Source of the DNA: Meiothermus sp. | Lineage (GTDB): Bacteria; Deinococcota; Deinococci; Deinococcales; Thermaceae | Reading direction: 5' to 3' | NCBI GenBank assembly: GCA_033762915.1 | Contig: JANRLD010000042.1 | Coordinates: 160,001-224,000, forward strand | Length of the DNA stretch: 64,000 nt | Shown here: positions 55,169-64,000 of the stretch, piece by piece | Position numbering within the stretch: the stretch's first letter is position 1 | Layout: the number at the start of each line of letters is the position of its first letter | The notes under the pieces: generated by a model | What the model saw: the letters and a program-made list of their open reading frames with translations, nothing else | Told to the model about the DNA's origin: nothing | Databases searched by the model: none | Made by a program: the position numbers and the translations under genes

Positions 55169-58069
55169 CTAGGCGTAGTCATTCTCTATCAAGCCCAACA
55201 GCAAATCTGCCGACTCACCATCTTTCTTCCACTCGGACATTTTCCCGTTGTGGCGTTGTGCTGCCAGGTAGCCCAAAAGGTGCATAATTCGCTCTCGCTG
55301 GCTCCAATACGTATCGGCCAGCTCGGTCTTAAGGTAGTCCAGCCCAGCTCGAGGTTTATCTTCCCGGGCAGCGGCATACACCGCAAATAGAACCTGTCTC
55401 AAGAGGGTTCCCGCAAAGCCTGAACCCTGCATATACTTACGGGCCAGCTCCGTAGGGGTCATCAGGCGCACATGGTTGGCCTTGGACTCAGCAAACAGAT
55501 CATCGTAGTTGGCTACCCCAAATCCTCGTGCCAGCTCCTGATAGGCTCCGCTCCGGCGCTCTCCGTGGGCCTCGAGTTCTAAACCTTTGAGGTAGAAGCG
55601 CTCGAGGGGCAGCAACCGCTTCCAAGTGTCTTTGTCGAAGCCCTTGGGTACTTGGTGATCGGCGGCAATCCGCACGGCTTGTTCAATCAGCCCCTTGAGG
55701 GGATTTTCTTCGCCTTTAGCTCTTGCCCGCAGTAATTCTTTTTCAGGGTCTATATCGTCTATAGGCTGGGCAGTCAGAATACGCAAAGCGGCTGCGTAAG
55801 CCGCAAGTTGATAATCCGAATCAGTAAAGTTGGGATCAGAGGCATCTTCCAAGGCGGTCATTTCGTCCAGTTGGCGGCGTACCTCGAATTCGATATAGGG
55901 CACCAACTGGTGCTTAAATAGCGAATCTGTTGCCGTTCGTTTGCGAAGAACAAGAAGTACAGTTCCCTGCACATAGTTGCCCTCGCCCGTTGCAGGGCCT
56001 GTTTCGGTTGCTACAGTCCAGGCTGCTGTCACCCTCAACCCAGCCGCCCATAGAATCATAGCGAGGTCAGCCCAAACCCCTGCGTCTTGGTGGGTAAACA
56101 TGACCACCTGTAGACCGTTTTCAGGCATCTTTTCAGCAAGGCGTTTATAGCAGTCCACCATTCCAGACCGAAAACCTGAATCGTTGCCCCTAACTGCAAG
56201 AGCTCGTTTTGAATCAACATACCAATCAGGGAAAAGTTGCCTAAGTTGTCCTTCATACCAAGATAAGTAAAACTCCGAAAGCTCAGGGTAATTAACCGCA
56301 TCTGCATATGGAGGATCTGTTATCCAAACATCACAAATTTGATCAATTAACCTTCCATCCTTGACGACTACATTTGAGGGGATGGTTGTTTCTTTGCGCT
56401 CGGGTATAGCAACACTTTGAATGGTCAAGAATGATCGAGTGGAATAGTTGTAATTTGTATTGAATGCTTGGTTCAAGAATGTGTTTTTTCCACCTCCAAT
56501 ACCACTACTGTTGCTGGGAAGCCAAACCGATAAACGGCTATTCCAATCGGCTAGACGACCTGATAACAGTAGAATTGCTGCCCGCTCCGTGAGTGGCAAA
56601 TCTTTAGAGGACAAAAGAAAAAGACCAATTTGAAGAAGTTGTCTCGGATTAAATAAGTGGTGCCAATGTGTCCAGCCTCGTTCACGTTGAAGCCTTGTTG
56701 TTTCATCACCTGGTTCGATTTGGTGGCTAGGAATATAGCCCTTAGTTTGCCAGTCTTCAAAATACTTTAATAGAAGCTCTACCGCCTTTTGTTCTCTATC
56801 TAAATCGGCATTACCAGGCGGACAATAGTGGCGGCGAGTTTGCTCTTTACCTTGCGCATCTCGATATGTCTCAACCCATCGGATGCAGTACAGCCGTTCT
56901 TGAAATACATCCCCTGCACGGGGTACAACGTCGTTATTTTCCCACAATCTCAGATTGCGTCTTATGACTTGTATAGGTGTAGACGCACCTCCAAGTGGAA
57001 AGACAAGACGAGAGTCTTTCACCGTCCCTCTCTTTGCTGCGTGAAATTCTTGCTCACTTGGGTTCTCAATTATTTCAAAATCAAACCGTCTATTTACAGG
57101 ATCTGGGATAAGTTTTGCGATTACACGGGGCTTCTCAGCAATTACCCAACTTGGTGCGAGCGGTACTCGCCAACCGGATTCCGGATCTATTACTTCAACG
57201 CAATACAGAAAGGCATCCGCTCGCCAACCTTGCTCATTATGTTCTATTCCCCATTCCGTAAATTGGCGATCCACAGCTTCAAAAACGCTGTGCTGCGCTC
57301 TTTGTATCTTTTCAGCTACTTCCGATCCACCTCCAACTATATTGAGTGCCGCCCAAGTTAAAAGGCCTGCAACAGGATTTAAGTCTGAGGCATAGGCTTG
57401 ACAGCCAATACGAGCAGCCTCGAAAGGAATACTCCCACCCCCGCAAAAGCTATCGCCGACAATTGGTCTATGCCCAAAACGGCGTATACCTAGCTCCTCG
57501 ACCAGCTCGACCAAACTATTGGCATTAGTTCCAAGATGAGCATTAATGTCAACCCAAGCTTGCTCAGTAGGCCCCCCAATTTGTTCGGGTCGGTCAGCAT
57601 AATCCAGCTTCTCAGAATATGGCAGATGTCGGTAGGCTAATAGTTGCAGATAACTTTTGTCTTCTCTACTTAAGTTGCTTTTTAGCTTTGGAAAATCAGA
57701 GTTGGGATCTAGGTAGAGCTGTGCTTCTGGTAAATGGGTTAGGTGCTTAAGAAGATCACTTAGGGCAAGGTTTTTAGATCTTCGCTGTTCTAGACCATCT
57801 TCATCCATAGTCATAAGTTTCAAGAAGACTTCACGATCTTTTGTGGGGTTATCAGTAGCAGGTAGAAGCAAACCAAGGATTGTTGCTCGCACCATCACCA
57901 AGGGCTTTCGACCCCACCACTTTCCTAGACCCGTAAGAGTCTGCATGAACACTGCTTTGCGTTCCTTATAACTCTCTGCCGAAAGCTTTGCCACCGGAAG
58001 CTGTACTTCAATAAACGATTTGGCATTGGCGAGGTCTTGAGTAACCTCACTGGGTTTTGATTCAGTCAT
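55169..58069 (-). CDS. DUF1156 adenine DNA methyltransferase
   Basis: LGKWWGRKPL, DSFCGGGSIP (SAM binding), TDPPY (catalytic). Confidence 0.88.
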   Translation of the reverse strand: MTESKPSEVTQDLANAKSFIEVQLPVAKLSAESYKERKAVFMQTLTGLGKWWGRKPLVMVRATILGLLLPATDNPTKDREVFLKLMTMDEDGLEQRRSKNLALSDLLKHLTHLPEAQLYLDPNSDFPKLKSNLSREDKSYLQLLAYRHLPYSEKLDYADRPEQIGGPTEQAWVDINAHLGTNANSLVELVEELGIRRFGHRPIVGDSFCGGGSIPFEAARIGCQAYASDLNPVAGLLTWAALNIVGGGSEVAEKIQRAQHSVFEAVDRQFTEWGIEHNEQGWRADAFLYCVEVIDPESGWRVPLAPSWVIAEKPRVIAKLIPDPVNRRFDFEIIENPSEQEFHAAKRGTVKDSRLVFPLGGASTPIQVIRRNLRLWENNDVVPRAGDVFQERLYCIRWVETYRDAQGKEQTRRHYCPPGNADLDREQKAVELLLKYFEDWQTKGYIPSHQIEPGDETTRLQRERGWTHWHHLFNPRQLLQIGLFLLSSKDLPLTERAAILLLSGRLADWNSRLSVWLPSNSSGIGGGKNTFLNQAFNTNYNYSTRSFLTIQSVAIPERKETTIPSNVVVKDGRLIDQICDVWITDPPYADAVNYPELSEFYLSWYEGQLRQLFPDWYVDSKRALAVRGNDSGFRSGMVDCYKRLAEKMPENGLQVVMFTHQDAGVWADLAMILWAAGLRVTAAWTVATETGPATGEGNYVQGTVLLVLRKRTATDSLFKHQLVPYIEFEVRRQLDEMTALEDASDPNFTDSDYQLAAYAAALRILTAQPIDDIDPEKELLRARAKGEENPLKGLIEQAVRIAADHQVPKGFDKDTWKRLLPLERFYLKGLELEAHGERRSGAYQELARGFGVANYDDLFAESKANHVRLMTPTELARKYMQGSGFAGTLLRQVLFAVYAAAREDKPRAGLDYLKTELADTYWSQRERIMHLLGYLAAQRHNGKMSEWKKDGESADLLLGLIENDYA

Positions 58070-58081
58070 GTTTGGCTCCTG

Positions 58082-58699
58082 TTATTCATCGTCTTGAGCT
58101 GCACCAAAAATGGTCTGTTGGGCAGCGGCACGGAAATACTCGGGTACATGGGTCTCGGTGGAAAACGGCCCTACTGGATTTTCGGTCAAGGCAAACCGGA
58201 TGGCTTTTCGCCAACCCCGGTTGCGGTCTGCACTGGCATGACCTGTGGCAGCCGCTGTCTGGGTATAGAGCCACCAACGTTCTTCAGGGACTAAGCCAAG
58301 CCAATTGGCAACCGCATTACCTGTTAGGGTAGGGTCAGCATCCTCAATAGCCCAAGCCAATAAGACCAACTCTTTGCCAAGCTCACGGCGCAAGATATTT
58401 TGTCCAGCCTTCCAACCACTCGGCCTATGCCCCAAAGACTTTAGGCGTTGGTTGAAATGTGCCCGCACTTCTTCAGCAATCTGATCCCACTTGACCCTTG
58501 GGAGAATTACCCGAAGCTGTCCGGGGTCTGCCTCACCATCGAGGTTCCATACATAGTGCTCAGTTATTTCGATGCTGGCCTTTGCACTACGGGGAATATT
58601 GACTTCAAAGTGATGGGTGGTTTCAGAGGGATTGAAACCATAACTTCCTTCTACATGACCGTTTTCTACAACCGCAATTTTGCTTCGTTTACTAGCCAT
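58082..58699 (-). CDS. DUF3780 family protein
   Basis: FNQRL..GW..G.N.L.R.LGKELVLLAWAIE..NWLGLVPEERWWLY..GWRKAIRFAL. Confidence 0.82.
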   Translation of the reverse strand: MASKRSKIAVVENGHVEGSYGFNPSETTHHFEVNIPRSAKASIEITEHYVWNLDGEADPGQLRVILPRVKWDQIAEEVRAHFNQRLKSLGHRPSGWKAGQNILRRELGKELVLLAWAIEDADPTLTGNAVANWLGLVPEERWWLYTQTAAATGHASADRNRGWRKAIRFALTENPVGPFSTETHVPEYFRAAAQQTIFGAAQDDE

Positions 58700-58740
58700 A
58701 AACATAACCCCCATATACCGCGTTGGCAAGGCTTAAGGGT

Positions 58741-61700
58741 CTATTTGCTGGCGGATTGTGCTGCATGGTTTTGTTTAACCTCTTTCTCGTTTACTGTGGT
58801 CTTGATTTCAGCAGCCCAGTCTTGCAGGTCTTGGCCTTGTGTGAAGTCCAGTTGTTGGACATCGATACTCACATTAGCCTCGGGATTGATGGCCCGGATT
58901 CCCTCGAGGGCTTTCTCGATCTGTTCAGCACTTAGTTTACGACTTTCGGAGATGGAAAGCTCAATCCAATCTTGGGTTGAACCAGTCAAATTGACCACAA
59001 CCCCGCAAGCCAGCACTTTGTATTTTTTCATGCGCTCAAGAAATTCGTAGGATTCCTTAGTAGCCCCAAAACTTTGCTTTCGGTTCCATGTGGCTGGGCG
59101 GGTTACGTCCAATGCCCACTTACCCGCACTCTGAATATCAATGCGGCGAACTTCCGACTGGATATTTCTGGCTTTGGCTACAGCCAACACGAACTTAGTA
59201 CCTTCTGGAAGCTCAAAGTCACCCGCATAGGTAGCACCTGCCGCTTGGGGGGATGAACCATCGGTGGTGTAGAGAATCTCTCCTGTTGGTATGGCTTTCA
59301 GCTCGAGCCACTGCTTGTCGCCCTTGGTATATATCCGCTGGCGAAGGGTAATGCTATTGCGCCAAAGTTTAGCTTCTCCGGTTTCATGCTCCCCCTTAGA
59401 ATCCACAGCTAGGAAGCTAACCTCGAGTTCGTTTGTAGTGAGCATGTATCCTGGCAGACGATTACTGGCTGTTGTTGCCGTGCCTCCAAACTCGTAATAG
59501 ACCGCATCAGCATAGCTTGGAATCACCTTAAGAACAGCCTCACCAGTATCGTCATTACGGCTAATCACATTGACTTCTAGGGCGGTTTTAGGAGCTGGAA
59601 AGGGGCCTTTATCTAAATAACCCCCTTCTTCCCGCCAATAGTCTCTGGAGAGGCATTCTGACTTAAGGTCATCAAGGGCCCTTGGTAGATGCCAAGGCCA
59701 GTCCACATTGGTTGCAGCACGGCGCCGGATTTCACTCCAAGTAGTAACCTGGGCGGTAAAGAGCAGTTTTTCGACCATCTTGCGGAAGTTGGCACTGCTA
59801 ACATCATCGTTAAACTTGTACTTCTCTTTTAGCACCTCACGAACTTGAGTCTCCCCAACATAGCTATTACCCGTAAACTGCATCAGGAAATCCCCTGATA
59901 GAAGAGAGGCACCGATGTTGGGGGCTTTTTGTGGGTAATACAGAACTGTAAAGGTATCCCGTACCGCTTGGTAGAAGTTGGTATTAATTTTGTCCCTTAG
60001 TTCTAAAGCCCGAATCATGCGCATATCTTGCTTAGCAACATTTTCGGCCTCGAGTTCCGACAGAATAGTCTCAATAGCCCTCAAACGCTTGCCAGCCTCG
60101 ATCAATGAGCTATAGGTTGACTTCAAACCCGTCAAAAACATCACTCGATTTTGCAGGGTCGTTTGTTCGAAGAATTGCTTGATGGCTGGGTTTAGACCTC
60201 CACTATAGGGTTCACTGATAACCAAGGTCACATCTCCTTGGTCAAGTTCAATCTCGTTGACTGCAGGAAGTACCACTAAGCGCTGATAGCAATCCCGCGT
60301 CTTCGGTTTGAACATCTCCTCGAGCCTGTCCCGAATCATTTTGACGGCTTGCTCTGGAAGAAAACCCTTCACTAGATCATTCAAACGGGCATTAAGATTC
60401 TGCACATTCTGAAAATAGAGTTTGCCGTCGTTATTGGCGTGTAAATACCAAGCTTCGGCAGCCAATTTCTCGAGCACACCGCTCTTTAGGCTCTTGGTAT
60501 CTCTGCCCGGCCTGCATAAGATCAGAATTATTTCAGGGATTGATAACCCTCTGACCTGATTCATCGCCGTAGAAAGTGAAGACATCAATAAAAGCTTTGC
60601 AGCATCGGTACCATCGGTAGTCTTAAGGTCATGATCCAACCGTTCAGCAACTGCATTTCCCTCAGAAGCAATGTCATGAGCAACCGCATTGGTTAAAGAA
60701 GAATTGATTCCACTAATTGTCGTGACTGTATCCTGATCGTTTAGATCAAGGTCATAAGGTGCTATCAAAGCGGTTCGTTCATGCAGTCCCGATTTCCACA
60801 TGGTGGAAACCACGGTACGCATCAAGCGAATAAGGCCACGGGTTTGTTGAAATCCCTCATTTTCCTTGAATCGGGCATATAGATCACGTAGGGCAGGGTG
60901 AAAAGGGAAGGATTCTTTGATTTGTACCGCATATGACTCGGGGGTTTCGTTGACCAAACCCATCTGGCCCGCTGCGCGAACTGCTGCCGCATAACCCTGA
61001 GCCACTTCATCAATAGCAGATTGATCGGGTTGGTGCTCGAATAGACGCACCCGCAGAATGTTGTACAACTCATCACTGTTCATTCGTACCGGAATTATGG
61101 GCTTTGCTAGGCGCTGTGTCTCATTGTGAAAGTCATTTAAGACCTGCTGAATTACCGCCTGACCCTGAGCATAAGCAGCAGTCAAATCTGTCATGACCAA
61201 AGCCACTCGAGCACACTTCTCACTGCCCAGAGCAACTAACAAGTTAGATAGGGCTGTTGCGGTTACTCGGGCCAAATTGGAGTTTCCCACCGCAATAGAA
61301 AAAGCATTGTCAAAGTACGGTGGCATCTCATCAAGCAGAATGAGTACCGTGTCCCCATCAAAGAGGTTTTCCCATGCTGTTTGTCCGGGTGCTATAAGGG
61401 GTGAATAGTAATCCCTAAAGAAATCCCTCTTTCCCAGTTGATCAGCAATAGCTCCCCAAATACCGAGTGGGGCATTCTCCCGGCCAGAAAAGTTAACCAC
61501 CTTTACTGCGCCCAAGCTTGAATCTGATTTATACAATCCCGACATCACTTGCGCCCGGATCTCTGGATGCTTTGCCAGTAGACCCAATGTAAGGAGGTTA
61601 TGGGTTTTGCCGCCCCCCATTGCCTGCTTGAGTAAAAAGACTCCTTGATCTGACTTACCCTCGAGGCGCTTGAAGGTTTGTGTCAACAAGTCGCGCATTC

Positions 61701-61842
61701 CTTCGGTAACAAAATTCTCCGCAAAAAAGACTCTAGGGTCAATGCGGTTACCTTGTAAATCCTTTAGGTCTAAAACAGTATCCCGCTTTGCCGAATCAAA
61801 CACACTGCTTTTAGGTGTGAGCAATTGTGCTAAGGTTTTCAT
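58741..61842 (-). CDS. DUF499 AAA+ ATPase with C-terminal Fn3-like domain
   Basis: QAMGGGKTH, ILLDE.PPY, PFHP, FQQTRG, ILYTTDGSSP. Confidence 0.88.
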   Translation of the reverse strand: MKTLAQLLTPKSSVFDSAKRDTVLDLKDLQGNRIDPRVFFAENFVTEGMRDLLTQTFKRLEGKSDQGVFLLKQAMGGGKTHNLLTLGLLAKHPEIRAQVMSGLYKSDSSLGAVKVVNFSGRENAPLGIWGAIADQLGKRDFFRDYYSPLIAPGQTAWENLFDGDTVLILLDEMPPYFDNAFSIAVGNSNLARVTATALSNLLVALGSEKCARVALVMTDLTAAYAQGQAVIQQVLNDFHNETQRLAKPIIPVRMNSDELYNILRVRLFEHQPDQSAIDEVAQGYAAAVRAAGQMGLVNETPESYAVQIKESFPFHPALRDLYARFKENEGFQQTRGLIRLMRTVVSTMWKSGLHERTALIAPYDLDLNDQDTVTTISGINSSLTNAVAHDIASEGNAVAERLDHDLKTTDGTDAAKLLLMSSLSTAMNQVRGLSIPEIILILCRPGRDTKSLKSGVLEKLAAEAWYLHANNDGKLYFQNVQNLNARLNDLVKGFLPEQAVKMIRDRLEEMFKPKTRDCYQRLVVLPAVNEIELDQGDVTLVISEPYSGGLNPAIKQFFEQTTLQNRVMFLTGLKSTYSSLIEAGKRLRAIETILSELEAENVAKQDMRMIRALELRDKINTNFYQAVRDTFTVLYYPQKAPNIGASLLSGDFLMQFTGNSYVGETQVREVLKEKYKFNDDVSSANFRKMVEKLLFTAQVTTWSEIRRRAATNVDWPWHLPRALDDLKSECLSRDYWREEGGYLDKGPFPAPKTALEVNVISRNDDTGEAVLKVIPSYADAVYYEFGGTATTASNRLPGYMLTTNELEVSFLAVDSKGEHETGEAKLWRNSITLRQRIYTKGDKQWLELKAIPTGEILYTTDGSSPQAAGATYAGDFELPEGTKFVLAVAKARNIQSEVRRIDIQSAGKWALDVTRPATWNRKQSFGATKESYEFLERMKKYKVLACGVVVNLTGSTQDWIELSISESRKLSAEQIEKALEGIRAINPEANVSIDVQQLDFTQGQDLQDWAAEIKTTVNEKEVKQNHAAQSASK

Positions 61843-62107
61843 GTTTCAGTTATACGACATGGGCACGCTTTTTGTTAGTTGTTTGTGTACCAAACGATAA
61901 GGAGTAGAGCACACAGGTTAGTAGAGGATCACTGGAGTTCAAGCCACCCCGTAATAGCAGGAGCCTCCTCGAGGGGAAATAGTTCAAATGGCTATTCGCC
62001 CCCATGCTAAAAGCTTGATCTACACAAGGTTTTTCGGGAAAACCGTTTGCTTCCAAAAAGATAAACCCGCCTGATTTGGCGGGTCTACATACTAAAAGGA
62101 TTGGGCT

Positions 62108-62383
62108 TTACGCGGCTGGGGGGTAGTCGGGCAAGAGGGGTAGCTCGATAGTGTTGGGAGTCTCCCCCTCACTTTCTTCGAGCCAACCGATATTCTGCTC
62201 AGTTGCCCGGTGGAGCCTGTTCAGAGTGTATTGGGCTGCCTCGATGGACTCGAGCAGATTCCGAAGCTGAATAAGGCTCAGACCTTCGGGAAGCTCTTGG
62301 GCTTCTTTGCTGGTGAGTTCCTCGAGGTGGCTGAGGGCTTGGGCGGTGGTTATGGTGGCTTGTTTGGCGTACAATTTCCTCAC
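62108..62383 (-). CDS. Hypothetical protein
   Basis: GAGGAG RBS, GTG start, downstream hairpin ACCCGCC/GGCGGGT near 62064-62084. Confidence 0.55.
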   Translation of the reverse strand: MRKLYAKQATITTAQALSHLEELTSKEAQELPEGLSLIQLRNLLESIEAAQYTLNRLHRATEQNIGWLEESEGETPNTIELPLLPDYPPAA

Positions 62384-62440
62384 GCTCCTCTTGCGTAGTT
62401 AGGAACTTGGTTTCTCAGGCTCAGTTCCTAACTACTTTCA

Positions 62441-62484
62441 TTGTAAGTCAAAATGATTGACTTGTCAAGGTTTTTGACTTACAA
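62441..62484. promoter_or_regulatory. Inverted-repeat operator in a divergent promoter
   Basis: TTGTAAGTCAAAA ... TTTTGACTTACAA (13-bp perfect IR) overlapping TTGACT hexamers. Confidence 0.75.
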
Positions 62485-62723
62485 TGACGTATGCTAAGGA
62501 GGTGAGAACAGTGGAACAACAGCTACTAAAAGAAGTACAAAACCTGATGGACACCAAGGGCATTACCCAAGCCGAATATGCCCGCGCTAAAGGGGTAAGC
62601 CGCCAAACCGTAAACCAACTATTCTCGGGCAAGCGGGGATTGTTGACAGAATCGGCGGCTGAGTTGCTTGAGTATTTGGGGGTCGAGATTCGCCTTGTAC
62701 CCAAGGGGGGCAAGAATGCCTAA
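62484..62723 (+). CDS. XRE/Cro-like HTH regulator (true start possibly a later GTG)
   Basis: GITQAEYARAKGVSRQTVNQLFSG; overlaps the integrase start. Confidence 0.85.
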   Translation: MTYAKEVRTVEQQLLKEVQNLMDTKGITQAEYARAKGVSRQTVNQLFSGKRGLLTESAAELLEYLGVEIRLVPKGGKNA

Positions 62724-63981
62724 GAAAGAAAGCAAACGGGCAGGTAACGGATTGGGTACAGTCCGACAGCGCAAAGATGGGCTATGGGAGTGCCGATTCA
62801 GCATCAAAGAAGAGGACGGCACCTCGAGCCAAAAATCGGTGTATGGCGCTACCCAGAAAGAGGCGATAGATAAGCGGAAAAAGCTCGAGGAGGCGTACCG
62901 TAAAGGGCTGGTAGCCAAAAAAGACGGGCGTACCTTCGGGGATTTTGCCGATGAATGGTTAAAGCGCAAAGAACGCAGCGGCAAAGCCCAAAGCACGATC
63001 AAGTCTTACCGTTTTGAGTTGGATTTGATACCCGAAAGTTTCAGGGATATGCGCCTACAAGCAATCAAGGCCAGCCATATTCACAAGATGATTGACGGTC
63101 TGGCTACCACCGCCCGACCCGCCCGTAAAGGCTCTACAAAGCCCCCAGCAGTAGGGGTAAGCCCCCGGACCCAGCGGCAGGTCTTGCAGACGGTCAGGGC
63201 AGTATTCAAAGAGGCCATGAAGCAAGAACTGATTTACAAGAACTCGGCTGAGTTTGTGGATGTGGCCGCACCCCCTTCCGAACCCAAAGGGCAGGTTTTG
63301 GAACCTTTCGAGGTGGATTTGTTTCTCGAGGCTTGTGAGGGGCATACGATGGGGCTGTTCTTCCGCCTTCTGCTGGGCTGTGGGCTGCGAAAAGGGGAAG
63401 CCCTGGCCTTGCAATGGAAAGACGTGAACCTCGAGCGTGGCGAGATCAGCATTAGCAAGGCGTGGACAGGTTCGGGCAAGGGCTATATGACTACCCCCAA
63501 GACCCGCAACTCTAAGCGTGTTGTACCCATCCCCCCTGGCATCCGAGCAAGACTCATAGAGCGACATAAGAAGCTCTTGGAAAAGGACTGGACTGCTGCC
63601 GAGGCCAAGGGACTGTATATCTTCGGACTAACCAAGCCGCTCGAGGTCAACTCACCCAACCATGCCCTAAACCGCATCGTGGATAAGTTCAATGCCGAGC
63701 AAACCAAAAAAGAGAAGGACTCCAAGGGGCTGATACCTGAAGGTTCCTTAACCCGACTGCCCAAAATACGGGTTCACGATCTGCGCCATTCCTTCGGCTC
63801 TTTGGCACTGGCAAAAGGTATGCCGCTCGAGCTTGTATCCGAGTGGATGGGCCATGCAAACCCCACCATCACCCTAAACGTTTATCGCCACGTTATGGAG
63901 TACGAGCGCAAAGGCTTTGTTTTCGACCTCGAGGAAATGATTCCCAAGACCCTACCAAATACCCAGCGGGCGCAAGCCTAA
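62716..63981 (+). CDS. Tyrosine recombinase/integrase
   Basis: GLRKGEALAL, HDLRH, MGHA..TITLNVY.H catalytic residues; N-terminal arm-binding-like region. Confidence 0.95.
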   Translation: MPKKESKRAGNGLGTVRQRKDGLWECRFSIKEEDGTSSQKSVYGATQKEAIDKRKKLEEAYRKGLVAKKDGRTFGDFADEWLKRKERSGKAQSTIKSYRFELDLIPESFRDMRLQAIKASHIHKMIDGLATTARPARKGSTKPPAVGVSPRTQRQVLQTVRAVFKEAMKQELIYKNSAEFVDVAAPPSEPKGQVLEPFEVDLFLEACEGHTMGLFFRLLLGCGLRKGEALALQWKDVNLERGEISISKAWTGSGKGYMTTPKTRNSKRVVPIPPGIRARLIERHKKLLEKDWTAAEAKGLYIFGLTKPLEVNSPNHALNRIVDKFNAEQTKKEKDSKGLIPEGSLTRLPKIRVHDLRHSFGSLALAKGMPLELVSEWMGHANPTITLNVYRHVMEYERKGFVFDLEEMIPKTLPNTQRAQA

Positions 63982-64000
63982 ACGCCAATTAGGGTAAAAA

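Larger units (their letters stand above)
47596..64000. mobile_element. tRNA-integrated element (phage-satellite/IME-like), at least 16.4 kb; right end outside the window
   Basis: tRNA fragment at the left end, integrase at the right end, TTAGGGTA repeats at both ends, prim-pol/helicase module and low-GC cargo. Confidence 0.85.

Noticed and set aside
52397..61842. BREX or DISARM system
   Set aside because: No PglZ, BrxL or DUF1998 genes; the gene set fits the DUF499/DUF3780/DUF1156 restriction-like system.
47596..64000. Complete prophage or conjugative element
   Set aside because: No capsid, portal, tail, lysis, relaxase or T4SS genes between the att fragment and the integrase.

Overview
High-GC bacterial chromosome segment, most likely Thermaceae (Meiothermus/Calidithermus-like). 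This is inferred from a Thermus-type ValRS, very frequent CTCGAG and a Deinococcus-type RDRM box. Positions 1-47.5 kb are host genes: trpC, two BTAD/SARP-ATPase-TPR regulators, a GH5 glycosidase, valS, a LacI-controlled polyol ABC/dehydrogenase operon, urtABCDE, and a urease cluster that contains hypAB. The intergenic spaces carry many palindromic repeats. From about 47.6 kb to the window end lies an element integrated at tRNA-Thr(CGT). It encodes a tyrosine integrase, an Xis-like HTH, a primase-polymerase, an AAA helicase and a TerS-like protein, and it carries a low-GC four-gene DUF499/DUF3780/DUF1156/PLD-helicase anti-phage system. The most unusual observations are four. (1) A ubiquitin-like protein ending LVGG is coupled to a DUF4132 gene behind a promoter with a full-match RDRM box. 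(2) Three paralogous unknown genes lie between a Val T-box riboswitch and valS and are translationally chained to it. (3) ValRS contains an in-frame, low-GC PD-(D/E)XK-like domain. (4) The satellite-like element itself. All calls come from reading motifs by eye; no database searches were run.
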